This document shows, one piece after another, positions 38,120 to 51,520 of a stretch of DNA of 64,000 bases (position 1 is the first letter of the stretch; every line of letters begins with the position of its first letter). Made by a program: the position numbers and the translations under genes. Below the pieces are notes generated by a model. It did no database searches. It was given only the letters and a program-made list of their open reading frames with translations, and was not told the DNA's origin. The stretch is from Felis catus (lineage: Eukaryota). The stretch spans positions 172,548,001 to 172,612,000 of the forward strand of contig NC_058368.1 of NCBI RefSeq assembly GCF_018350175.1. The letters run 5' to 3'.

Positions 38120-38540
38120 GGGGCTTCTGGACCTGAAGCATCTGCAACACCCGGGAGCTTGTTAGAAATGCCAAATCTTGGGGCGCCTGCGAGGCTCCTG
38201 CACGGCTCAGTGGATTAAACGGCAGACTCTCGATTTCCGCTCAGATCATGATCTTCCGCTCAGATCATGATCTCCCGGTTTGTGAGATTGAGCCCCGCAT
38301 TGGGCTCCGCATGGATAGCCCAGAGCCTGCTTGGGATTCTTTCTCTGCCCCTCCCCGCCCCCCCATTTGTGCATGCATGCGCGTGCGCGCGCTCTTTCTC
38401 TCAAAATAAATAAATAAACTTAATAAAAGAAAGAAATGCCAAATCTCAGGTCCCACACCAGAACTGCAGAGCCAGAGTCTGCAGTTTAACAATCTCCCCA
38501 AATGATTTCTATGCACACTGAAATTTAACAAGTACTGGTT
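38120..38540. mobile_element. MER5A-like hAT relic interrupted by a Can-SINE (+38180-38432)
   Basis: gggagcttgttagaaatgccaaatct ... gatttctatgcacactgaaattt; SINE TSD agaaatgccaaatct. Confidence 0.8.
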
Positions 38541-38602
38541 TCTGGAACTTTAGCACATTTATCCTATTTAAGAAACATAGTAACTATTGCAAGCCAAGCA
38601 CT

Positions 38603-39037
38603 TTTTTTTTTATATGAAAGTTATTGTCAAATTGGTTTCCATACAACACCCAGTGCTCATCCCAACAGGTGCCCTCCTCAATGCCCATCACCCACTTTCC
38701 CCTCCCTCCCGCCCCCATCAACCCTCAGTTTATTCTCAGTTTTTAAGAGTCTCTTATGGTTTGCCTCCCTCCCTCTCTAACTTTTTTTTCCCCTTCCCCT
38801 CCCCCATGGTCTTCTGTTAAGTTTCTCAGGATCCACATAAGAGTGAAAACATATGGTATCTGTCTTTCTCTGTATGACTTATTTCACTTAGCGTAACACT
38901 CTCCAGTTCCATCCACATTGCTACAAAAGGCCATATTTCATTCTTTCTCATTGCCAAGTAGTATTCCATTGTATATATAAATCACAATTTCATTATCCAT
39001 TCATCAGTTGATGGACATTTAGGCTCTTTCCATAATT
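38603..39037 (-). mobile_element. Young felid L1 3' end (sense to MCC)
   Basis: TSD aagccaagcact; L1 3' UTR/ORF2 end. Confidence 0.93.
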
Positions 39038-39498
39038 AAGCCAAGCACTCTTAAAAACAGTAACTCACTCTTTCGAAAAGTAACTCATTTTCCATTCTGA
39101 ACAACTCCATTTATAATAGTAAACTAGATAGGTACTATTATACCCCCATTTTACAGATCAGGAAGCCTGGGCATGAAAGTGTTAAGTAGTTGCCTAAGGT
39201 CACACAGCTGGTATATGATGGAGTTGGGATTAGAACTCCAGAATCCATTCTGAATGTCATAATCCTATGACATAGGCTGCCTGCCTCTTGGAGACATACA
39301 AGAAATAATTAGAACAGATATTAAAGAATAAACACTTTGCATCAGAAAAAAATACCCACAGGTGTTTAAAATAGCAACTATTCTAGAAGCTACAAATTAT
39401 ACTAGAATCCCAGAGAGATTCTTTGCTCCAAAATGATTTTTAATTCAGGAAGGGCTGCAAGAAGCAAAAAGCTTCTTTCCATTAGACAATCAGGCATC

Positions 39499-40140
39499 TA
39501 CCAATACTACACTACACATTAACTAATTTAAATTTAATTTTTTTAATGTCTATTTATTTTTGAGAGAGAGAGGTGGGGGCGAGGGGCAGAGAGAGAGGGA
39601 GACACAGAATCCGAAGCAGGCTGTAGGCTCTGAGCTGTCAGCAAAGAGCACCACACGGGGCTCAAACCCACGAAGCGAGATCATGACCTGAGCCAAAGTC
39701 GGACACCTAACCGACTGAACCACCCAGGCGCCCCTTGAATTTAAATTTAAAAAAGAAGAGAGGGAGAGAGTCTTCTTGTTCATAAATATGGAATAACTCT
39801 TGATTTACTTTTTCCTTGAGCTCATTCATTAGAGTGTTGTAGTTTTCCTTATATATATCTTACACGTATTACATTCAATTTATACCTAAGTATTTCCATT
39901 TTTAGGTGCTAATGTAAATGATATAGTGTTATTTATTTCACATCCCACTTGTTCAATACTAGTTCATATGGAAGCACTTGATGAATATATATTAAACACA
40001 TATCCTACAACTTTGCTGTAAATGCATACTAATTTCAAATTTTCTTTGTCAATTATTTTGGAATTTCTACCCTAAGTGATCATGTCATCTAAGAATAACA
40101 TAGTTTTACTTTTCCCTTCTAAAAAAAAAAAAAAAAAAAA
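39499..40140 (+). mobile_element. TSD-flanked poly(A)-tailed insert containing antisense old L1M DNA and a Can-SINE (-39538-39734)
   Basis: agacaatcaggcatc at 39484-39498 and 40141-40155; A20 at 40121-40140. Confidence 0.75.
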
Positions 40141-40999
40141 AGACAATCAGGCATCCAAGATAAGCAGGAGTGACAGCTTACTAAACAGAGGGCATACAAT
40201 TAAATAACAAAAATGATTACACTTTAGTGATACATTTAAAAATGTTTTTTATAACGAAGTTCAGTCTGAATAGTAAAGTAAAAAAGTTTAACCCACATGC
40301 ATGAGAACCTTCCCCTGCTAATGCCTACACAAGGCATTAGAAACTGAGAGAAGTAAATAAGATTTAAAAATTGGTAGTTTTCTTGGCTTGTCAAAGGCAG
40401 GTCAAAATACTTTAAAACTAGTTGCGGACCATCCACGGAGCTGGGCCTCTGGCCTTCTGGAACTGTCCATGTGGGGATGTGACTGCAGGTGACCCAGCCA
40501 TTCACCCACTTTCGACTTCTGGGCCTTGCCTCCTTTTAAGACACCTCACAGCTCTGATCTCAAATTTGGGCAGACTTGGGTTTTCCTGGCTGCCTGTCTC
40601 GCAGTGTCCAGAGCAGTCCTCAGCAGAAACTGGGAAAAGCACTGCAGGCTGCAATCATTTCCTGAAGTCTCCAGAAAGTGGATTTCGCCTGAGTCAAAAC
40701 AGTATCTTTAACATATCTGGAAATAGCATTAACAGTGTTGGATAACTATCAGCACAGACTCTTTGCATTTACTCAATCCTGAGCCTAGGCGGTACACACA
40801 GAGGATAAAGGGCAGTTACAGCAGATCTCTTCTCTAGCATCTCCAGAGTTGCTAGAGTTTTGAGAAACTTCTCAAAAAGGGTACTTTTTATGTTTATGGA
40901 AATAAATTGCTTATGCAAATAAAAATAAATGTACTGGTGGCCAGTTATACAAAACATGTACCTTTTTGGTATAATTCTAAGCAAAAGGGGTTACATTGA

Positions 41000-41995
41000 T
41001 TTCTTTCCACAAATATTTACTAAATACCTACAATGTGCCAGGTTACTGAGCTAGGACTGAGCATTCAGCGGTGAACAAAAACAGACACAGTCCCTGTTCT
41101 CGCGGAGCTCGTGGTTGAGAGGGCCAGAAAGACGTTAATCAAGAATTCCCACAAATAAACATATCATTACAAACTGAAATAAGTGCTCTGAAGGCAAATA
41201 GATGAGAGGCCCAAAGAAGGCTGAAAGACAGCCCCTCAAGCTGAGCACACAAGTTCAGGAATAGCTGGATATATCCAGCTGCATGGGAATCTGCTGGGAA
41301 TTGAGACCAGAACACAATGGAGAAACTGACATTCAATAGGGTGGTTCGTGGACGGAGAGCCAGGAGGAGACAGAACAAGATAAGGCAGGAGAGGAGGGAA
41401 GAGGTGGAACCTCTTAGGGCCTTTGTTGGCCAAGTTGAGGATTTTGCCTCGTTTGGAGGGATTTAAGCAGAGGCTATACGAGCAGGTTGGCATTTCAGGA
41501 AGAACTCTCTGGCTACAGTGTGGAGACTGGATTGGAGGAGTTCCTAAGGAGACACAAGACGTCAGCAAGTGGTATTTCAGTACTCTAAGTGAGAGAATTA
41601 GGGTGGTAGTAATAAAGACGGAAAATAATAGGACTTGGTGATGAAATGAATATGGGAGATGAAAAGGATGTCAAGAGTGATGCCAAGATTTCTTCCGGTT
41701 TGTGTATATAAGTGTACAGTGGTCTCATTCACTAAGAGAGCAAAACTGGAAGGTTAGATTTTGTGGTGAGAGACCATGAATCCAATAGTGGATCTGTAGA
41801 ATTCGAGATGTTTTAGAAATACCTGGTGGGAGATGATATACAGGCAGTCGAGATACGCAGTTGAGTTCCTTGGTTATGTAGGTCTGAGACTCAGAAGGGA
41901 AGTCTGAGCTGGACATTTACTGGGGGAATCACTGGCATCTACAATGACAGCTGAAGCCGGAACAGGGGAGATGAGGCACAAATGCCTAGAGAAGT
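41000..41995 (-). mobile_element. L2 3' region
   Basis: cacaaatatttactaaatacctacaatgtgccagg...gtgaacaaaaacagacacagtccctgttctcgcggagctc. Confidence 0.75.
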
Positions 41996-41999
41996 GTGA

Positions 42000-42151
42000 C
42001 TCTTCAACCCTTGACTGCGGCCTCATGAGAGTCCCTAAAACAAAGGACCCGGTTACGCTGTGCTTGGATTCAAGACCCATGAAACTGAGATGATAAATAT
42101 GTGTTGTTTTAAGCCACTGAGTTTTGGAGTAAGCAGCAAATAACTAAGACA
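42000..42151 (+). mobile_element. MaLR LTR 3' fragment
   Basis: gagatgataaatatgtgttgttttaagccactgagttttggagtaagcagcaaataactaagaca. Confidence 0.7.
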
Positions 42152-42425
42152 GAAAGTAAAATTAAATTTCTATAGCGAGATAACTAGCATAATATATCAA
42201 GTTTTATATACACAACACACACACCATAGAATAATTAATTTAAAATGGTGATATATCTATATTTACATAGAAAGTTTATATGATATAGTTTATGAAAAAA
42301 ACAGATTAAGAAATAGCATGCATAGTAAAATCCCATTTACATAAACACATGAGTGTTCTAGGATGCTTTGGGGTTTAAGTCAAAAAGACATAACTCACGC
42401 AGTCTTTAATAAAGAAATGTATTGA

Positions 42426-42640
42426 GGGGCGCCCGGGTGGCTCAGTCGGTTAAGCGTCCAACTTCGGCTCAAGTCATGATCTTACCGTTCATGAGTTCGA
42501 GTCCCGCACCAGGGTCTATGCTGACAGCTCAGAGCCTGGAGCCTGCTTCGGATTCTATGTCTCCCTCTCTGTCTCTGCCCCTCCCCCGCTCACACTCTGT
42601 CTCTCTCTCTCAAAAATAAATAAACATTAAAATGTTTTTA
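42426..42640 (+). mobile_element. Can-SINE (within an old MLT1-like LTR, ~42350-43170)
   Basis: TSD aataaagaaa(aa)tgtattg. Confidence 0.9.
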
Positions 42641-43263
42641 AATAAAGAAAAAATGTATTGGCTTATACAATAGGGAAGCTAGACTCAGGGTGGGTTTCAG
42701 TGGTTCAATCACAATCAAGGCTCTAGCTTTTTCTATGCTGTTCTCTCCTTTCAAAGTGTGGTTTTCATCCTAGTATTAACTTCCCTTTGGATTTGTGGGT
42801 GGCTGCTACCAACAATCAAGGGCACTTGTACCCTCTTCATGTCCATGTCCCACTTGGAAGGGAGGGAGAAAAGGAGTTGCTTCCAGAAACTCTACCAGAA
42901 GGATGTGGAAAACTTTTCCAGAAATCTCCAGCAAACTTTCTAGAGACTCATTAGTCCAAGTCGCATCAGATGCCCAATCCTAACACAACTGTTGCTAAGA
43001 GGCTGGGATTACCTTAGATCAATCAGGCTTCCCCTTACATTTGGAAGTGGAACCCTGCAACACCAGGGTTTCTTGTAGGGGGAGTGGCTGCCTGAACTTC
43101 TATTAGGGATCTGTTGGGAAGAAGAAAAGTGAGGATAGAAGGCATGGGGGCAGCTAATAATGGGCACTACATCACATTTGTGTGTGTATCTCTTTATGTG
43201 TTTACTATTTTGAGTGGATGAAATTAAGAATCTCATTTTCTTTTTATTTTTCCTTAGTGAATA

Positions 43264-43475
43264 ATTTTTTTAATTTTTTTAATGTTTATTTATTTTTGAG
43301 ACAGAGATAGAGTGTGAGCAGGGGAGGGGCAGAGAGAGAGGGAGACACAGAATCTGAAACAGGGTCCAGGCTCTGAGCTTTCAGCACAGAGCCCGATTCG
43401 GGGCTCGAACCCACGAACTATGAGATCAAGACCTGAGCCGAAGTCGGATGCTTAACTGAGCCACCCAGGCGCCCC
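43264..43475 (-). mobile_element. Can-SINE
   Basis: Typical structure. Confidence 0.92.
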
Positions 43476-44336
43476 TGAATTTTTTTTTTCAATTAGGCTC
43501 AGGGCATATGCAGCCCAATGTATTTAAACAATAATCTCCTTTCCACGAGCTGTTTATATGAGTTCTATGTTAAGCTTACGTGCTTATATTTTACTGGGGA
43601 TGCAATTGCAGGGAAGCAAGAGTGAGGGGAAAATTTCGGTAAGTGAGGAAACAAAGCTGGGAGAACCAACACATGAGGGTGCACAACCAAGTTGACCATA
43701 GCTTTGAAACAGCTGGTTATTTGGTCTTACACAATGTCTCCAGAGAGGCCAGAGAAAGCTACTGCTTTCAGAATAGTTTCTCAGGGAGAAGGAGGAGTGA
43801 CTTATTAACTGGTTCCTCCCATCTCCTCTCTCTCATCATTGCTGCCCCTCAGGGTGTGACCTCCATAATACAGCGATGTGCACCTGACTCTTCCAGGCAG
43901 CACAGAGGAAGCCAGGGCCTCTGCATGGTGGTCTCCCCTCATGTCAGTGCTGCAGCGGGCTCTTTGGTCTGCGGAGGGAGAAGGGAAGCAGGGAACAATG
44001 TGAGCAATCACTAGAGCCACCCTGGCTGAAGTAAAGAAAGGGGCCATAATCTAGAAGGGAAAATGAAGGTAAGTGACCATTCAGGGCCTTCTCCATATTC
44101 TTTGCAACAAACTCAGCCTTGACTAGAACATTATCCTCCTATAAAGCCCAACTGGTTATTTTTCTCCTTTCTGGAAACTTCCTAAGCACATTGTACTTTT
44201 CCTTGTTTCTGGTCATGTGTGTACTTACTACATAAGACCAAATACTCCTTAAGGGCAGGAATTATAACACACCCGTCTTTGTATTCCTCCATGCATACAG
44301 CAGGCATTCAATGAATGTCTAAAAATGAAAAAAAAT

Positions 44337-44740
44337 ATATATATATATTATTATATATCATATATCATATATCATATATATTATATATATGATATATTTT
44401 AGAGAGAGAGAGAGAGAGAGAGCACAAAGGGGGGAGAGGGGCAGAGAATCTTTTTTTTTTAAGCCTATTTATGTATTTTGAGAGAGAGTGCACATGCATG
44501 TGCACAAGGTTGAGGGGGCGGGCATCCAACTCACCAACCATGAGATCATGACCTGAGCCGAAATCAAGAGTTGTATGCTTAACTGACTGAGCCACCCAGG
44601 CACCCTAGAGAGGGAGGATCTTAAGCAGTCTCCACACTCAGCATGAGCCCGGCGCAGGACTCAAACCCACCACCTTGGGATCTGACCTGAGCCAAAATCA
44701 AGAGTCAGACACTCAACCAACTGAGCCACCCAGGAGCCCC
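44337..44740 (-). mobile_element. Nested Can-SINEs with AT-rich microsatellite tail
   Basis: Inner copy (~44450-44605) splits the outer copy at gaatctt/ggatctt. Confidence 0.8.
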
Positions 44741-45319
44741 TAAAAATCAGTATTCTTAAATTCACTCTCCTATGCTAGTTCTCAGAGACTATGAGTACTG
44801 AAGAGTCACAAGGAAATCTAGAAAGTGACAAACCATTGTGAATAGTAATCATTCCTTTAAGGAAACCTGTGTTTTATATCAAAACAGGGAGGGGGCTGTA
44901 ACAAATTAGCTTACAAGATCAAAAGACAAAATCTTCTGTGATTTTCTTATCCCATGTTATTTCACAGATGGTAACACTGGAAGCATGGAAGCATACAGTT
45001 AGGTTAACATGGGCATAGGAGCATTTCTCTATTTTAGGAATGACAAAAACCAAAATCCTATCTTGTGAGTGTGGCAGCAGCAACATATTTTTATCTTAAA
45101 GTAGTAATAATCCATCAGTTCATTCATTCAACATTGACTTAGCATCTATGTACATATGGCATCTATGTACAAAGGGATGGTGTTGGGTGGTGTGAGAGAT
45201 ACAAAGGCTCCGTTGCTATATTCATGAAGCTTACGATCTGGCAGGCAAGCAGAGTTAAATTGCAATTACTATAATACAAGTTAGGATTGGGCAAATTCCC
45301 TTATTTTTATTCTATCATT

Positions 45320-45531
45320 ACTTTAATGTTTATTTTTGAAAGAGAGAAACACAGAGTGCAAGTTAGGGGGGTGGGTTCAGAGACAGACAGACAGACAGAC
45401 AGAATCCGAAGCAGGCTCCAGGCTCTGAGCTCTCAGCCCGGAGCCCAATGCGGGGCTCAAACTCACAAACCATGAGATCATGACCTGAGCCAAAGATGGA
45501 TGCTTAACCAACTGAGCCACCCAGGTGCCCC
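45320..45531 (-). mobile_element. Can-SINE
   Basis: TSD tctatcattactttaa. Confidence 0.92.
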
Positions 45532-46236
45532 TCTATCATTACTTTAAAATGTTAGTTTGCTGTGAATACCCAGTAACCAGAGAGGAATAGCCTAAGAAAA
45601 GTGAGATATAAATATTAATTTGAAAATCTTCTCTTTCTAAGCATTTATATACCCTGAAAGAGTCAGGATGGTACCATGTGGACAACTATCCATCAACTTT
45701 TTAGTAGCTAGGAAACAAAAGTGAGAATAGCTTTTAGTTTCACTTCATCTCATAACCTGTACTTAGGGATGGACAAAAAAACCTAACCAACAGTTCATTT
45801 CTTTTGAAAATACTACTTACTAGATGGTATTAAAGGCTATTGGATGAAAACATCTATTAATGTAGAGAAACTACGGATTCATCAGGGCTAGTTGATAAGC
45901 AAACACCAGTTGCCCAACAGAGACGAATTTAAGCAGCATGAATATGCTACCACTAAAATTCTATTAACTGGGACCTTTAGTCTACAAAACGAAGATGTTT
46001 CTGTCCTGGAAAAGATGTTAAAATTATTTTACAGAAGAAGAAACTGATTAGAAACTGATTGTGTGACTTGCTTAACATCTCATAACTAGTTAGAGGCAGG
46101 GGTGCTGAATTCCCATCACACTGGTATGTTAGATTAATGCAAGAATATGTATGGTAAAATGCACATGATATGCATTTTCAAATATAAATTCCTCAGCTTC
46201 TTCTGAACTGGACAAATCCTGAAAAATCTTTTTCTA

Positions 46237-46455
46237 GGGGAGCCTGGGTGGCTCAGTCAGTTAAGCATCTGACTTCAGCTCAGGTCATGATCTCGCAGTT
46301 TGTGAGTTTGAGTCCCGCGTCAGGCTCTGTGCTGACAGCTCAGAGCCTGGAGCCTGCTTCGGATTCTGTGTCTTCTCCTGTCTCTGCCCCTCCCATGCTC
46401 ATGCTCTGTCTCTCTCTCTCTGTCTCTCAATAATAAGTAAACATTTAAAAAAATT
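46237..46455 (+). mobile_element. Can-SINE
   Basis: TSD aatctttttt?cta. Confidence 0.92.
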
Positions 46456-46509
46456 TTTTAATCTTTTTTCTAAAAAGTCTTAAGTGTTTAAAATTACTAT
46501 TACCCAATG

Positions 46510-47160
46510 AACACTTTTATTTATTTATTTACTAAGTTTCTATTAAATGTTGGGCACTATGGTTACAAAGACAAAAGACAAGAAAAATACAGTCTCTGCC
46601 TTAAGCATGTTAAGTATCGAGAGGAAGGAAATGGAAACAGTGAAAATATGAAATGTGAGCAGTGCTGGCCTAGTAGTGTGTGTAAGATCCTGAGGCATCA
46701 GAGAACTTTCCAGAGAAAGAGCTACATAAAAACTGAGTCTAGAAAAAAATAAGAAGGTGCTCATTAAGTAGACAAGGAAGAGAGAAGGACACTTACAGAA
46801 GGAGCTGTGTGCGCTAAGCATGATCCTTGGAACAGCTGGGCAGGCATGCTGGAAGGTGGACTGTGGCAGGTCATGCTGAACAGAGATACAGTCACTGTGC
46901 CAGATGGCCAAGGGCCTTAAATTAAATGCCCCTAGAAGGAGTCTGAACTCATCCATAAGGAATGGGCAACTGTTGAGGGATTTTAAGAAGGGCTTCCTGC
47001 TTAGTTCTAGAAAAATGTTAGAGAAAAATGACTTTCGTGTCCATACAGAGAGGCCTGGACAGGCTGAGCCTACAGGTTAGAACACTAAGACAATAACTGT
47101 GATTAGGAATGAAGGAACTTGGGAACCAAGAAGGTGGAGGAGGATGAGTGGCAATGATGT
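46510..47160 (-). mobile_element. L2 fragment
   Basis: tttactaagtttctattaaatgttgggcactatgg...aatgggcaactgttgagggattttaag. Confidence 0.55.
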
Positions 47161-48499
47161 CACTTTGAGTGGCATTTTGCTTATAATACATATAAAACTG
47201 CCAACACATTTTTTAGAAGAATAAATACTTTCCCAACAATATTCTCACATTGATTTTCATCCTATTTAATATCATAAAATAAACTCAGGTTAAGAATCTG
47301 TAATACATAAAATTGTCATGCTAATGCCATTACCTAAAGGCATTAACCTCAAATGTAGAATGTTCTGTCAAGCTTGTTATTTCCCGGGCAGAAGTTCTAA
47401 ATTTTTGTAAATAACTGAAAAAGTCTGACATTTTAAGGAAACGCAGCCACATTTTTACGAAAATACCTTTACCCCACCTATTTTCTTAATTCTTTCATCT
47501 GTATCATTCTTTCATATTTGCATACGCTGATGTTTTAAACAATAGACAACATGTATAACCAAAGGCACTTGCCATTATGTTGAAGAGATGCTTAATTAAC
47601 ACCAAGTCTAAAATGAAATGTGTTTTCAAGTATTTTCTACATTTATATTAGCTGTTGTGAATATAAAAATAATAATAGTAATGAACACAAAGTTCATCTA
47701 TCTAGAATTTTTGGAGCACAAATTTCACAACTACATATTCAACTGAGGCTACACTTAAACTCAACTAACACCTGTCCCATCAGACAGACACATGTAACGC
47801 TTATTGGTCAATCCCAAAACGTGTTCCATTTACATTGTCACCTCATTAGGAATCCAAATGTTTGAAAAATGACTAGGTCCAGGATTCTTTACCCAGGCAT
47901 GCTTACCCAACTTTTTTTCTCCCATCAGGTAAAGTCAGCAATAATCAATGGCATGAACTGAGTAATTACTCATTTGCATATTTAAACTGACATTTTGAAA
48001 TGACAATGAGAAGCTGACAATTAACCGTTCTCTAAGGAAATGCCCTTTCTCTCCATATGGTTTCTACTCTGGGACTAACACTTCAAGGGGTTTTTCAATC
48101 TGCGGAACAACAGAGAGTCTCCCCAGCTGAGACTCCCATGGAACTTCATTTAGCATGCAAATGTCTCACCTTCTGTACCAAGTATTTAAATGCCATTCCC
48201 ACTTATGCTAAGAAGCCAGTTATAAAATGAAAATTCATCCTCACCATAGATCTTGGGTAAATTAAACAGTAAAGAAATTTAAAGCTTTGGGGAAAATACA
48301 TTTTCTTGTGTTAGCCTGGCAGCATGTATGATGGAAAAGGCCCTCAAGTAGGGCCACAGATTCATCCTTCCCCCAGAGGCTTTGTTATCATAACCCCTTG
48401 TCTTAAAATAGAGATGTGACTTCCTATTGCAAGGATTACATGAGATAAAGTGTGGACTAACTGATTATAAACTATAAAGTCTTCCATAAATGTATGCTA

Positions 48500-48709
48500 T
48501 TATTTAATGTTTTATTTGTTTTTGAGACAGAGAGAGACAGAGCATGAACAGGGGAGGGGCAGAGAGAGAGGGAGACACAGAATCCGAAACAGGCTGCAGG
48601 CTCTGAGCTGTCAGCACAGAGCCCGACGCGGGGCTCGAACTCACGGACTAAGAGATCATGACCTGAGCCGAAGTCGGACGCTCAACCGACCGAGCCACCC
48701 AGGCACCCC
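48500..48709 (-). mobile_element. Can-SINE
   Basis: Typical structure, CpG-rich. Confidence 0.92.
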
Positions 48710-48829
48710 TGTTATCTAGACATTCACTAATATACTGACTGACCAAAATAAAAAGACTGTAAAATAAAAATGTGGGCTAGAGGAAAAAAACCAAAAATAC
48801 CCTGAAAAGATAAAGTTGCTAAAAATGCA

Positions 48830-49890
48830 TGCGAACAGATTTGATCTATAGATTCAATACAATCTCTATCAAAAATCCCAGCTGCTTGGGTTGAAGAAAT
48901 TGACAAGCTGCTCCTAAAATTTGTGTGGGAACTCAAGGACCTAAGAATAGCCAAACAATCCAGAAAAACAGAATAAACAGTTGGAAGGATTCAAACTTTC
49001 TGATTTCAAAACTTAATGACAGAGCAACAGTAACCAAGACAGTGTAGTACTGGTACAAGAATAGGTATCAATATCAATCAAAAAGAACTGAAAGTGCAGA
49101 AATAAACTGTTACATATATGCTCAATTGATTTTTGACAAGAGTGTCAAGAAAACGAGAAAAGAGTAGTCTTTTCAACAAATGGTGCTGGGACAGTTGGAT
49201 ATCCACATGCAAAAGAATGAACCTGGACATCTTTTCACACCACCTACAAATATTAACTCAAATGGATCATAGACCTAAATGTGGGAACTAAAACTATAAA
49301 ACTCTTAGAAGAGAACATAGGTGACCTGGGATTGCAAAGTCTCCTTGGATATGTCACCAAAACCCAAGCAACAAAAGGTCACAAAATGTATGATTCCATT
49401 TGTATGAAATGTCCATAGTAGGCAAATCTTTAGAGGCAGAAAGTAGATTAATGGTTGCTTAGGGCTGGGAAGATCGGGGGGAAGATGGAGGAATACTGCT
49501 AAACGATACAGGGCTTCTTTCGGAGTGATAAAAATGTTCTAAAATTGATTATGATGATGGTTGTATAACTATCAATATACCAAAAACCACATTGAATTGT
49601 ACACTTAAAAATTTTAATGTTTATTTATTTTTGACAGAGAGAGACAGAGAGACAGAGCATGAGTGGGGGAGGGGCAGAGAGAGAGGGAGACACAGAATCC
49701 AAAGCAGGCTCCAGGCTCCGAGCTGTCAGCACAGAGCCCGATGCGGGGCTCAAACTCACGGACTGCGAGATCATGACCTGAGCCAAAGTCAGATGCTCAA
49801 TGGACTGAGCCACCCAGGCGCCCCTTGAATTGTACACTTTAAATGGGCAAATTGTATAGCATGCACGGTATAGCTCAATAAAGCTGTTAG
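48830..49890 (+). mobile_element. Old L1M (ORF2 3' part + 3' UTR) with Can-SINE (-49610-49824)
   Basis: tagattcaatacaatctctatcaaaaatcccagc...ttttcaacaaatggtgctgggac...ctcaataaagctgtt; SINE TSD ttgaattgtacactt. Confidence 0.85.
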
Positions 49891-49959
49891 AAAATATCTG
49901 AAAGACATACATGTGAAAAGCAGCACCGAACAGTGAGTGGTCAAAGCCCTCATTTGAGA

Positions 49960-50176
49960 ACCAGAGATATCAGTTGAATTTCGGGTCTTGCTAGTGTGGA
50001 ATCTTGAGCAAATAGCAATATATATCCCTGAGCCTGTTTTTCTCATCTTTAAATTGCATGTAATAATAATTCTTTTTTCAAAGGGGCTATTATGAATAGT
50101 AATTGAGGTCACATATACAAAGTGCTGATTTAGCGTACAGCCTAGCACATGGTAAGCACTCAATAATGTTAGCTGT
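49960..50176 (+). mobile_element. MIR
   Basis: ccctgagcctgtttttctcatctttaaattg...cctagcacatggtaagcactcaataatgttagct. Confidence 0.65.
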
Positions 50177-50334
50177 TTAAAAAAAAAAAGATATGTGGGC
50201 CTGTAGGTAGTAACTTAAAAATAGTAACATATTGTTGTAAATGTTATATAAAATTATTTATATGTAAACTTAATAAACAGAGTGCTTCCAAATAGGCAGA
50301 CCCACTTTAAGACACTCAAAAAGAAAAATCACAA

Positions 50335-51520
50335 CTCCACTTCAGGTCTTTAGATAATCACAGAGACTGGACTTACTTTCCTACCTAAACAACCAGAAAT
50401 CCAGACAAAATATGAGAAATAATAATTTCCAGACATTATATAACAGCACAAGACTACAATCCCTGAGTAAAGGTAAACCAGCAAGATGAGTCTATAATTA
50501 TACCAACTTACTGCCTGGGGGCAATTTACAGGCTGCAGAACAGGAGAGGGAATCCATCACCCAGTGGTCCCACTGAGTTCAGGAAATCCAAGGTGGATAG
50601 AACTTGTGGTACAGAGGGAAGATGAGGGAATGTCTCAGAAAGAGAGCTCCAGAGATCTGCAGAGGCCAAATTAACCCTAGACTAAAGGCTATTCTGATAC
50701 TGCCTAACAAAGCTTAAAGGCAAGCTCCCAAAAGATCCAAAGTCAACAGCATGCCAGAACAAGGTAAAGGAACACAACAAAAGCCAGAACTCAACAAGTT
50801 ATAATGTCCTATCTCCAACCAAAAATTATCAGGTATACAAAGAAACAGAAATATGTCCCATAGGCAGTAAAAAAATTAATCAATAGAAATAGACCCAGAG
50901 GGGCACTTGGGTGGCTTAGTCGGTTGAGCGTCTGACTTCAGCTCAGGTCATGATCTTGTGGTTCATGGTTCAAGACCCACATGGGCTCACTGCTGTCAGC
51001 CTGTCAGCGCAGAGCCCACTTCAGATCCTCTGTCCCCCTCTCTCTGTCCCTCCCTGGCTTGTGCTCTCCCAAAGAATAAATAAATTATTTTTAAAAAGAA
51101 ACAGACCCAGAAATGACAGAAATGATGGAATTAATAGATAAGGAAGTTAAAGTAGCTATTATAAATACTCTCCATATATTTAAATGGGACTCCTAGAAAT
51201 GAAAAATACAATGAAATATGAATGGGATTAATAGCAGCTTAGACACTGCAGAAGAAAATATCAGAAAATTTGAAGATATAACAATAGACACTATCCGAAA
51301 GGAAACACAGAAAGAAAAAAGATAGGGGAAAAAGTTAACAGAACCTCAATGAGAAGTGGGCAAATATCAAGCAATCTGATATGTGCATAATTGGAGTCCT
51401 AAAAAGAAATTAGAGAAGGGACAGAAAAGATGTTTGAAAAAAATAATGGCTGGTTAATTTCCAAGTTAGATGAAAATTAAATCTACAGACTCAAGAATTT
51501 CAACAAACCCCAAGCAAGAG
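50335..51520 (+). mobile_element. Old L1M 5'/ORF1 region with Can-SINE (+50900-51097)
   Basis: gggattaatagcagcttagacactgcagaagaaaatatcag...ataattggagtcc; SINE TSD agaaa(t/c)agacccaga. Confidence 0.7.
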
